IMG/VR virus record: IMGVR_UViG_3300019487_000010
Span: 1 to 44,817 of that record
DNA from: a virus
DNA length: 44,817 nt
Reading direction: 5' to 3' (one strand)
The notes below the pieces were generated by a model. It searched no databases, had not been told where the DNA came from, and saw only the letters and a program-made list of their open reading frames with translations. This document shows positions 9,558 to 17,742 of the stretch, one piece after another (position 1 is the stretch's first letter; every line of letters begins with the position of its first letter). The position numbers and the translations under genes were made by a program.

Positions 9558-10544
9558 CTAGTTGTCGACCTTGACGATGGTACGGGGCTCCCAGATGCCC
9601 CAGCCGGACCGGCTGTCCCAGCCGACCCCGTCCTCCTTCGTGTTCCGCGACACGTCGGAGTTGTCCCGGGTCTGCTCGTCCTGGAGGATGGCCTGCCGGT
9701 TCTGCTGGCAGAACGGCTTCACGTCCAGCCCGATGCAGATCATGTACCAGTCGTCGCCGGTGACGCGCTGGGTCGGGTACAGGGTCGGCATCGGGAACTT
9801 GCCGTTCGCCAGGACGTTCGAGATCGCCGCGGAACCGAGCGGGGTCGCCGGGATCGAGTCCGCCTTGAAGGCGTCGATGAACACCTCGATGTTGTCCGGG
9901 TTGAAGACGAGCATGAACGCGTCGTACTCGAGCTCGCTCGGATCGTAGTAGGGCTCCCCCCCGGTGTCCTGGACCTTGTGGAAGTAGGAGCCGATGGCCC
10001 CCTGGAAGTCCGCCTTGATCGCGGCCGCGGTGGCCACTCCGCTACCGCTGCGGACGTTCCCCGTCGCCACCCCGAAGCGCGACGACCCGCTCAGGAGCGC
10101 TGCCCCGTCGTAGGCGTTCGGGATCGACGGGAGCAGGGACGGGTCGGACGTCGACGTCAGGAGCTGGACCATGATCCGCTCCCGCAGCTGGACGAACCGC
10201 TTCGCCCCGTTGCGGACGCGAGGCATCAGCTGCTTGGTCTGGTCGTCGTCCTTGTCGTTGCGGTTCCACGAGACCCACAGGTTCCAGTCGTGGTTCTCGA
10301 TCTCCACGTAGAACTCGTTGAACGAGTCCTTCTGGCGCGCGGTGAGCCGAGGCCACCGCGAAACCTTGGGCATGGACTCGAAGCCGGCGTGCACCTCGGA
10401 CCGCCGGGTCGAGTCCACCTCCAGGAACGCCTTCTTCACGGCTGCGTTCTCCGCCTTCTGGCGGAGATCGAACGAGCGGTTGAACTCCGCGATGACCGCC
10501 GCGCGGAGGACCCCACTCGTGGTCATGCCTGCGATGCCGGGCAT
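9558..10544 (-). CDS. Major capsid protein, Mu gpT-like (HK97 fold family)
   Basis: The N-terminal pattern EVHAGFESMPKVSRWPRLTARQKDSFNEFYVEIENHDWNLWVSWNRNDKDDD matches the Y.WLG..P.mReW.geR ... y.i.N..fE...v.r..ieDD signature of Mu-like major head subunits. Size (328 aa) and position fit. Confidence 0.75.
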   Translation of the reverse strand: MPGIAGMTTSGVLRAAVIAEFNRSFDLRQKAENAAVKKAFLEVDSTRRSEVHAGFESMPKVSRWPRLTARQKDSFNEFYVEIENHDWNLWVSWNRNDKDDDQTKQLMPRVRNGAKRFVQLRERIMVQLLTSTSDPSLLPSIPNAYDGAALLSGSSRFGVATGNVRSGSGVATAAAIKADFQGAIGSYFHKVQDTGGEPYYDPSELEYDAFMLVFNPDNIEVFIDAFKADSIPATPLGSAAISNVLANGKFPMPTLYPTQRVTGDDWYMICIGLDVKPFCQQNRQAILQDEQTRDNSDVSRNTKEDGVGWDSRSGWGIWEPRTIVKVDN

Positions 10545-10611
10545 GTCACTCTCCTACGTGTTGGCTCCTACCCGCGCGGGGTTGAAGCGGTTTGAGGTTT
10601 CCCTGCTGTAG

Positions 10612-11412
10612 CTACGGGAGCCGCTGAACGACGATGCCGATCTCGAAGACCCCCTCCACGAAGACGGTCGTCGTGCCGAACACCCCCGTGAACACGTCAC
10701 CGTCGCTGAACTCGTTCGCACCGGACGGAGTGACCGACTGCTCCGCCCCGTCCGGGGTCTGCCCCGCCGACGTGACCGTGAGCGCACCGTCGGTGATGGT
10801 AGTGCCGTTGATCCTGCCGGTCATCGTCGTCGCCTTCGCCGCCGTCGTCACCGCGTTCATCGCACGGCAGAAGATCTTCACGATCTTCCCCCGCCCGTAG
10901 AGGGTCTTGGTGACCACGTTGGTGTCGATGATCAGCGCGGCGGTGAGGTATCCGAGGATGATCTCCTCCTTGTCCCCGCCCGAGAGCCGGTGCACCGCCG
11001 AGTGCAACGCGCCGAGCATCAGCACGTCGCCGACTCCGGTCGCGTTGAACCGCGTGGTCACGCCCACGACCTGCGCGTCGTCGGCCGGACGCGTGAGCGT
11101 CAGCGTGTCGTCCGCCGTCGCGTAGACCGGCTTCCAGTTGTCGGTCACCGCCGCGTAGCCGGTCACCGCCGCGTTCTTGAGGATGTACGGGGTGAAGATC
11201 ACCCCGGCCGTCTTCACCCCGTTGCCGACGACGGTGTCGAGCGCCTCGCCGATGAACGAGACCCCCGTCTGGTCGGCCAAGGGGACCGAGTGCCCCGAGG
11301 CCGCCTCCAGGCCCATGAACCCGCCCTTGAACTGGGTCGACCCGTTCTTCACGATCGGGTTGAAGGGCGACGTCTCCAGGTGCGACCGGTTGACCGTGGC
11401 TGCCAGCGCCAT
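10612..11412 (-). CDS. Putative capsid decoration or scaffold-associated protein (266 aa)
   Basis: Beta-rich Thr/Gly/Val-rich ORF between the protease/scaffold gene and the capsid gene. The call is positional. Confidence 0.4.
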   Translation of the reverse strand: MALAATVNRSHLETSPFNPIVKNGSTQFKGGFMGLEAASGHSVPLADQTGVSFIGEALDTVVGNGVKTAGVIFTPYILKNAAVTGYAAVTDNWKPVYATADDTLTLTRPADDAQVVGVTTRFNATGVGDVLMLGALHSAVHRLSGGDKEEIILGYLTAALIIDTNVVTKTLYGRGKIVKIFCRAMNAVTTAAKATTMTGRINGTTITDGALTVTSAGQTPDGAEQSVTPSGANEFSDGDVFTGVFGTTTVFVEGVFEIGIVVQRLP

Positions 11413-11482
11413 GTTTGAGCTACCTCCCCTGTGAACCCCATGAGCCCCGGCACCCGCCGAGACCTCAAAAGCCGAGCGAAGT

Positions 11483-12715
11483 TCAGCCCTTCAGCTGCTT
11501 CGCTCGCCGCACCCCGGAAGCCGCGGCCTCGAGGAACGCCTTCTTCCCGTGCGGGAACACCTGCCGGAACTGCGCCTCGTTCTCCTCCCAGTCCACCGAC
11601 GCCGCCCGCACCGCCTCGCGGACCTCCTCATCCGCGTCCTTGAACGCGATGAGCTCCTCGTCGTGCCCCCGGCTCTTGACCTTGCCGGGCAGCCCCCGTC
11701 CGGTCGAGATGCGGGGGCGCCCCTCCATGTAGGAGACGATGTAGCTTTCGAGGGCCTTCGTGCCCTTGACGCCGAACTCGGTGATCGTCTCCCGGAGCCG
11801 CTTCTCGTCGAAGAAGACCCCCTCCTCCTTGAAGCGCGTGACCAGGCGCCCGAGGGACTCCTCGTCCGCGCTCTGGGCGTGTCGAGCCTCGAGGGAGTCC
11901 ACGCGGGCCACGAGCCGCCCGAGCGCGGCCTCCTTGAACGGGACCCGAGCGGCGACGCTCGGACCGGGCTCACCCGTGGCCGGCGGCCCGCCCTGGCCCC
12001 CGACCGCCGCGAGGAGCTTCATGAGGAGCTCCTTGATCTCCCCCGCCCACGGCGGAACCTCCGCACCCGCCGTGGGCGGAGGCGGCGCTGGCGGCGGCGC
12101 GGCACCCCCGTCGGGCGGCGACCCGTCCGCGTACTCGGTCTTCTGGTCCTGCTCGTCCGGCTCTTCCGTCTCGAAGCCCATGCACACGTCCTCCTTGAAC
12201 TGCACCCGGCCACCCGTGGTGCTCGGCTGCTCCCAGACACAGGTGACCGGGAGCTTGAAGTACGGCGGGAAGGTCTGCATGAGCGCGAGGCTCTTGAGCT
12301 CCTCCTCGCCAGTGGAAGGCACCTCGGCGCTCCGGTACGGGAGTCTGAGGCTCTTGATCTCTTCGAACACGTCCGGCGGCACCTCTACGAGGTCCACGAA
12401 GATCGTGTCCACCAAGCGCCCGTCGAGCATGAGCGGCCGCACCGCGGGGTTGTCCATGAACCCTGCCGCACGATTCACCCCTGCCACGTCCCCGAGGTGC
12501 TCCACGTGCACTCTCGGCAAGTACCCCTGCGAGTACTTGCGGTGCAGGATCCGCGCGGCGGCTCGCTTGAGCCACCCCGAGGTCAGAGCCACACCCTTCG
12601 CCCCGTCCACCGCCGGAAGCACCGGCACCGCCCGGATCGTGTAGTTGCCGTTGCTCTGCCGCTCCGCCTCGTAGGCGTGGGAGAAGGTATTGCGGAAGGC
12701 GACGCTCCAGGTCAT
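11483..12715 (-). CDS. Putative prohead protease/scaffold (Mu gpI-like)
   Basis: Located between the MuF-like and capsid genes. N-terminal PRVHVEHLGDVAGVNRAAGF...LRLPYRSAEV resembles Mu I-type proteins. It has a Pro/Ala linker and a helical C-terminus that could be a nested scaffold. Confidence 0.5.
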   Translation of the reverse strand: MTWSVAFRNTFSHAYEAERQSNGNYTIRAVPVLPAVDGAKGVALTSGWLKRAAARILHRKYSQGYLPRVHVEHLGDVAGVNRAAGFMDNPAVRPLMLDGRLVDTIFVDLVEVPPDVFEEIKSLRLPYRSAEVPSTGEEELKSLALMQTFPPYFKLPVTCVWEQPSTTGGRVQFKEDVCMGFETEEPDEQDQKTEYADGSPPDGGAAPPPAPPPPTAGAEVPPWAGEIKELLMKLLAAVGGQGGPPATGEPGPSVAARVPFKEAALGRLVARVDSLEARHAQSADEESLGRLVTRFKEEGVFFDEKRLRETITEFGVKGTKALESYIVSYMEGRPRISTGRGLPGKVKSRGHDEELIAFKDADEEVREAVRAASVDWEENEAQFRQVFPHGKKAFLEAAASGVRRAKQLKG

Positions 12716-15700
12716 TCTTTCGCCTTTACCTCAAGATAGGTGATTCCCTCGTCCTCGTCCTTGCGAACACCGGTGATCTGCATCAGCGATGAGCGATTGA
12801 TGACCTCAGCTTCGTTCTCCCACCCCACGTTGGGCGCTATGGCGTGATGAGCCAGGATCGAACTCTTGGGCAGGGTCCCGGTCAAGACCACGGGAACCTT
12901 ACCAGCCTGTGGTTGCGCGTAGTTGTCCAGGACCACGTCCAAGTCCTCAGACCAAGAGGACGCCGCTCTCTGCGGAACCACTCCCTGATCCAGCATGGCC
13001 TGCAAGTCCGACTCGGTCAACTGCATGCCCCGATGAGCCTTGAGAGGCTTGTCTGGCAAGAGCCGCTGCGTCGCTTCGTACAAAGCTTTGACCCGAGGCG
13101 AGTTCTCGGCGACCTCCTTCAAGAGACCCTCGGGCTTTTGCCCGGACTCATCCTCTCCGCCCGTCGACCAGATGTCTAGAAACTCCCCAGTCTCAGCGTA
13201 GTCATTTCCGATGACCTCTTCCCAACGAGCAGCGGCCCTGGGATGAAGCCTCTTGATGTGCGGATGGTCACTGAACCCACCTCCCTCTCGTGGTGTGGGT
13301 CTTTCTCGAACGGGCTTGGGCGGCTCCGCTGGCTTGGGCGGCTCCGCTGGCTTGGGCGGCTCCGCGGGCTTGGACAACGACCCCTGCTCCAGAGCCTCCC
13401 GAACGGTCTTACTCCGAATCTCTGCCACCTTCCTCAAGGGATCGCTTCTGGTGCTCGCGTCGTGGAGGTCCGCCAACAACTTCGAGGATGAATAGCTGCC
13501 TGTCTCCAACTGAGCCACGTGAGCCTTCAACGAAGCCTTCAGGTGTTGGTATGACCTCGGATGCTTAGCGTGGAGCTTGTCATGGGCCTCCATCAGAACC
13601 TTGCTCACGTACGCCCGAGCCTCTGGCTGCAGTTTCGGCGGCTCTGCCTTCGGCGGCGCTGCCTTCGGCGGCTCTGCCTTCGGCGGCTCTGCCTTCGGCG
13701 GCTCTACCTTCGGCCCCAGCCCCGCGAGGTGCTTTCCGAGCGCGCCACCGGGCGAGTCCCTGCCCGCTACTCCGTGCTTCGGGGAGTGAGCTTCTCCCAC
13801 GAGGTCTTGCACGGAGAGGTCCACCCTCGCCGGCGACCCGAGGTCCACCCCGAGGTCCTCCGCGTGAGCCTTCAGGGCCTTCTGAAGGCCCTCATGCCCA
13901 AGAGCGTGAGCCGCGTTCCACGCGTGCTTCAAGAAGCTCTTGCCCAACGACCCTACCCCGTCTCCCATCATCTTCTGGGTGGCGAGCCAAGCCTTGTAGG
14001 TCGCTGCCTCGGGCCCGTGCCAGTCCCCGAGAGACTTGTGCGAAGCAGCGACCGCCCCGAGCTGTCGGATCTTCTCCGAGCCCTGCCCCTTCGAGATGAA
14101 ACGGCCGTTGACGTCACGCGGGTGCAGGTCTTCGTGCCAGCTGACAAACCGCACAACGTCACTGTGCTCACGGAGCTGACGCTGGTACTCGTCCAGCTCA
14201 TCCGCGTCCTCGTCCTCGTCCTCCCAGTAGGGTTCCAACGCGGGTGGTAGCGGATAGTAGTCGAGGTCCAGCTCACCGTCATCGTCGTAGTCATCGCTCT
14301 CGAGAGCCTCGGGCGAGACCCCCTCGGCGAAGGTGACCGTGTGCTCGTTCTCCCTGAGCTTGCCGGGATCATAGCCGACTGACCGCGCAAACTGTTCGAA
14401 AACGTTGGGGTGGATGTAGCTTGAGCGAGCCACCGCAGGGGTGTTCTGGATCACGCCAGAGACTTGCTTCGAAGCCTCCTTCAAGACCCGCGCCATCAGC
14501 TGACCCTGGGCCTTGTCTCCAGCGGGCAACGGCGGGGGCGGCGGAGTTAGGCGCTTGATCGCCTCGCGGCCCTCGCGGGTCGCGACGACTGTGCGAAAGT
14601 CCTTGGGACGAAACCCGAGTCCCGCGGTCTTCTCCGCCACCGCCCCGCGAACGCCCTGCGAGAACACCCTCTCATTCTTGCCCTTACGAGCGTAATGGGT
14701 GAGCGCCGCTACGAGCGCGGGCTCATGCACGGTTACGTCGTTCAGCTTCCCGCTCTTGCCCACGAACTGCAGCCGCACCCCGCCCTTCTCGGGCTTCACG
14801 TGCTGACCCAACAGGGTGGTCACCCCGAAGTGCCCGTGCGCAGCGACCGAGCCCTCGCTGCCAGGCCGGAGCCCGGTCACGGCGATGAGTGAAGCAGCGG
14901 TGGCAGCCTCGTGCTCCGGCGACCCGAGCGGAAGGGACCGCACCTGGCTCAAGAGCCCTGCTCGAGCCTTCTCGTACTTGGGCTCCAGCTTTTCGATCTT
15001 CACCCACTTCTTGGCCGCGTTGGCTTTGACGGTGGCGGCCGTATAGCTCTGCTGGAGCTTGCCGCTCTTGTCCCGCCAGGAGAGGATCGCCTTCCCGTGC
15101 GGGTCCGTGAGGGAGCCTACCCGCACGTCAGTGACGTCGGCCGCTGGGAGCTTCTTGACGCCGAGCTCCTTTAGCTTAGCCTGGACCGTTGGGTGTAGCT
15201 GGCTACCCGGAGCCGCCCGCTTGCCTCCGGGAGCGCCCAGGACTGGGGCTGGTCCCGGCGCCGCCGCTGGTTGCCCGCCTTTGGGGGAAAACTCGCCGCT
15301 GGCGCGCCCGTGTCCAGCGCTCACGCGAGCGTGTTGAGCCTCGTTCCACGCAAACGAGACCGTGTAGGGCTCAGCCACGGGCGCTCGCAGGTGCAGAGCG
15401 TTCCCGAAGCCTACGTCATCCGCTTGCCACGCCGTTGGCACCTCAGGATCACTCCGGGTCCACCCCTTGACCTCAGCTTCGGCGAGCGTGACGGTCCGCA
15501 GGGTGCAGCGACAGTTGAACCCGAGCGGGGGCGTGTGCCCGAACCACGCGGGATGACCCTTCGGCAGGGCCACGCGGTGGCCAGCCTGGTGGTTGTGCCG
15601 AACGTTTGGGTCGTTGGCGGTGAGAAACTGAAAGCCCCAGAGCTTTGGGTGACACCGCGCCTCGAGCACCTTGCCTCGATTGAACGCCTTTACGACGTTC

Positions 15701-16185
15701 GTCCGGTATATGGTCGCCGCGTACGCGTCTGAGAACCCGCCGACCTGCTGGATCAGCCGCTGAGGAGCGACATCGCCTTCACCCGAGTCCAAGAAGCCCA
15801 CGAGGAGGCCACGCACCTTGTTCTCGATCGCCTGCGACGCCGCCCGTGTCACGAAGAAAGGCTCTCCGAACGTGTACTCGTCGATCAGCTGAAGCTGTTC
15901 CGCCTCGGTCAGCGGCGCACGCTCCCCAAACACCTCGACCGCCTTGACGAGGGTCCTCGAGAGGGCATCATCGAGACGATACTGCACCGGCGCTCCGCCG
16001 AGCTCCCGCCTCGCGTCCGCGCGTCCCTCCGTGTGCGCGTAGAAGAGCAGCCGGCGGAGCCCCTCCTCCACCTCCGCGTGCTCAACCTCGACCTCGCTCT
16101 TTCCCCGGGTGAGCCGGTAGACGATGGCGCGAGTGAGCCCTCGAAGGAGGGTACGGGCTCTCTCCTGGGCGGTCGCGAGGCTCAT
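12712..16185 (-). CDS. Polyvalent virion protein: MuF/SPP1 gp7-like head morphogenesis domain + type IB topoisomerase-like domain + repeat linkers + C-terminal ADP-ribosyltransferase-like domain
   Basis: MuF: HPAWFGHTPPLGFNCRCTL (aa ~210-230). TopIB: GLRPGSE, FGVTTLLGQHV, LQFVGKSGK, RPKDFRTVVAT, IQNTPAVARSSYIHP (aa ~335-605). HPRDVNGRF motif at aa 688-696. ART-like R-S-E triad: KAHRG, AASSWSED, WENEAEVI (aa ~1050-1128). Confidence 0.85.
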   Translation of the reverse strand: MSLATAQERARTLLRGLTRAIVYRLTRGKSEVEVEHAEVEEGLRRLLFYAHTEGRADARRELGGAPVQYRLDDALSRTLVKAVEVFGERAPLTEAEQLQLIDEYTFGEPFFVTRAASQAIENKVRGLLVGFLDSGEGDVAPQRLIQQVGGFSDAYAATIYRTNVVKAFNRGKVLEARCHPKLWGFQFLTANDPNVRHNHQAGHRVALPKGHPAWFGHTPPLGFNCRCTLRTVTLAEAEVKGWTRSDPEVPTAWQADDVGFGNALHLRAPVAEPYTVSFAWNEAQHARVSAGHGRASGEFSPKGGQPAAAPGPAPVLGAPGGKRAAPGSQLHPTVQAKLKELGVKKLPAADVTDVRVGSLTDPHGKAILSWRDKSGKLQQSYTAATVKANAAKKWVKIEKLEPKYEKARAGLLSQVRSLPLGSPEHEAATAASLIAVTGLRPGSEGSVAAHGHFGVTTLLGQHVKPEKGGVRLQFVGKSGKLNDVTVHEPALVAALTHYARKGKNERVFSQGVRGAVAEKTAGLGFRPKDFRTVVATREGREAIKRLTPPPPPLPAGDKAQGQLMARVLKEASKQVSGVIQNTPAVARSSYIHPNVFEQFARSVGYDPGKLRENEHTVTFAEGVSPEALESDDYDDDGELDLDYYPLPPALEPYWEDEDEDADELDEYQRQLREHSDVVRFVSWHEDLHPRDVNGRFISKGQGSEKIRQLGAVAASHKSLGDWHGPEAATYKAWLATQKMMGDGVGSLGKSFLKHAWNAAHALGHEGLQKALKAHAEDLGVDLGSPARVDLSVQDLVGEAHSPKHGVAGRDSPGGALGKHLAGLGPKVEPPKAEPPKAEPPKAAPPKAEPPKLQPEARAYVSKVLMEAHDKLHAKHPRSYQHLKASLKAHVAQLETGSYSSSKLLADLHDASTRSDPLRKVAEIRSKTVREALEQGSLSKPAEPPKPAEPPKPAEPPKPVRERPTPREGGGFSDHPHIKRLHPRAAARWEEVIGNDYAETGEFLDIWSTGGEDESGQKPEGLLKEVAENSPRVKALYEATQRLLPDKPLKAHRGMQLTESDLQAMLDQGVVPQRAASSWSEDLDVVLDNYAQPQAGKVPVVLTGTLPKSSILAHHAIAPNVGWENEAEVINRSSLMQITGVRKDEDEGITYLEVKAKE
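13313..13373. repeat. 18-bp tandem repeat x3.4 encoding (PAEPPK)n linker
   Basis: ggcttgggcggctccgct repeated head to tail inside 12712..16185. Confidence 0.9.
13636..13710. repeat. 15-bp tandem repeat x5 encoding (PKAEP)n linker
   Basis: cggcggctctgcctt repeated 5 times with 2 point variants inside 12712..16185. Confidence 0.9.
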
Positions 16186-16376
16186 GCGTCCAACGCCGCC
16201 CTCACCGCGCAGTCCTTGGCCTCGAGGAGCTTCCGCAGAGCCATCTCCCGCTCACTCCCGCTCGGCAGCGTCTCGCAGAGCTCGCGTGCCAAGTCGCCGA
16301 AGAGCCGGCTCACCTTCTGGAGCTTGCCCGGGAGATGGGCGTACGTGAAGTACCTGAGCAACGAGTCCTCATCCAT
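16182..16376 (-). CDS. Hypothetical small protein (64 aa)
   Basis: Coupled ORF between the portal and MuF-like genes. Confidence 0.45.
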   Translation of the reverse strand: MDEDSLLRYFTYAHLPGKLQKVSRLFGDLARELCETLPSGSEREMALRKLLEAKDCAVRAALDA

Positions 16377-17742
16377 GAGCGAGTCCTCCCGCCACGCCTA
16401 GTCCTGATCCTGCGCCCGGCGCTCCCGCGTCAGCGCCCTGAGCCATCTGAAGCGTCATCACGTCATCGTTAGCGTCGGGCTGGCTAAAGCCCTCGAGCGC
16501 CTCGTAGACATCGGTCTTGCGCACCGGAATCTGGTACTTCGCGACCCGGTCAAGGCTGGCCCCTGCTACCTGCGGGTCCGGCTTCTCGATCCCAAGGTGG
16601 AACTCGGGATCCGTCATGTCCCAGACACCCATGGCACGGAGGTTCCGCTCGTTGCACACCCGGAAGCACCGGCAGAGCGCGCCCAGTGACTCCGCGAGGG
16701 TCTCTCGATCGTAGGCGATGAGCGAACCTTCGCTCTGCTTCTCCACCTGAGCGCGGGCCATCGAGCCCTGAGCCTGATCCCCGCCACCCGTCGGCAACAC
16801 CGAGCCCAAGATCCGGGTGGTCAACACCCGATCCACGTAGTTGAGGGACTCCATGACGATGTTCGACCGCGCGTTGTTCGCGCCCGGAGGGGCGAAAGCG
16901 TCGAGCTCCACCGCGTCCATGTCGGACACGAACACGTTGTGCGAGCGTTGCTTCTCCACCTGGGCGATGACCTGGTCTACCAGGGTGGAGTATGTCGTAA
17001 GATCCGTCGCGGACGCTGCGCCCAATAGGTTCTTGATCCTCGCGTGGATCCACCCGAACCCGATCCGGGACGCCCCGCTCGAGAGCGCTTCGAGGAGGAG
17101 GGTCTTCACCGTCCAGTAGTAGACCAGCTGAGCCGCCAACCCGCCTCCGAAGCCCAGGTGGCGATCCGCGGTGTCGTACTGATGCCAGATCACCATGTGC
17201 TGGTTGGTCTCGTCCAGCACCACCCACGCCTCACGATAGACATCGAAGAGCGTCCACCGCTGCGTGCGGTCGTCACCGAACTCCACCCGCAAGCGCCCCT
17301 TGTCCACGTCCTCGAGGTGCGTCGGCACCCACCACCGGCGAACCGTCCAGTCCCCGGGCATGAGCAAGCGAGCCCACGTACCGTGAATCACGGCGACCGC
17401 GGTGCCTGCGAAGAACGCTCGCGCGAGGTTGAACCTCGCGGAGCTGAACCGCGCCACGTGATCGAGCGCCCGCTGGTAGATCGGCACCAGGAAGCTGGAC
17501 TCCTCATCGCCCGGGTGCAGGCTCACCCCGCGCGAGGTCCCAGCCACCAGGTGCTGTCGGTACGAGAGAGCGCTTGAGATGACCAGCTCACGCTGGACCT
17601 TCTCGTAGAACTCGCTGTCGACCTTGAGTGCTTGGTCCGGGTCGTCGAGCCACGTCTGAAGACGCTTCAGCGCCATCAGCATGCGACTCGTGAAGGTGTT
17701 CAGGTGCTGGTAGAGCGCCAGCCGGGTCTCCGCTTCGCTCAT
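16369..17742 (-). CDS. Portal protein (by position and size)
   Basis: 457-aa ORF directly after the large terminase and before the MuF-like gene. No single diagnostic motif. Confidence 0.6.
   Translation of the reverse strand: MSEAETRLALYQHLNTFTSRMLMALKRLQTWLDDPDQALKVDSEFYEKVQRELVISSALSYRQHLVAGTSRGVSLHPGDEESSFLVPIYQRALDHVARFSSARFNLARAFFAGTAVAVIHGTWARLLMPGDWTVRRWWVPTHLEDVDKGRLRVEFGDDRTQRWTLFDVYREAWVVLDETNQHMVIWHQYDTADRHLGFGGGLAAQLVYYWTVKTLLLEALSSGASRIGFGWIHARIKNLLGAASATDLTTYSTLVDQVIAQVEKQRSHNVFVSDMDAVELDAFAPPGANNARSNIVMESLNYVDRVLTTRILGSVLPTGGGDQAQGSMARAQVEKQSEGSLIAYDRETLAESLGALCRCFRVCNERNLRAMGVWDMTDPEFHLGIEKPDPQVAGASLDRVAKYQIPVRKTDVYEALEGFSQPDANDDVMTLQMAQGADAGAPGAGSGLGVAGGLAHG

Noticed and set aside
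9006-10595. 529-aa plus-strand ORF, and similar long plus-strand ORFs at 11549-12739, 25859-26950, 17889-18671, 18774-19571 and 36358-36975
   Set aside because: These are antisense shadow frames of well-supported minus-strand genes (capsid, scaffold, polymerase, terminase). Their translations are Arg/Gly/Pro/His-rich low-complexity sequence typical of off-frame reading in high-GC DNA. None has an SD or a recognisable motif.
11483-12715. Possible nested in-frame scaffold start (Mu gpI/gpZ style) within the protease/scaffold gene
   Set aside because: Internal Met codons exist (e.g. ...IKELLMKLLAAVGG...), but I saw no convincing SD in front of them. I did not annotate this.
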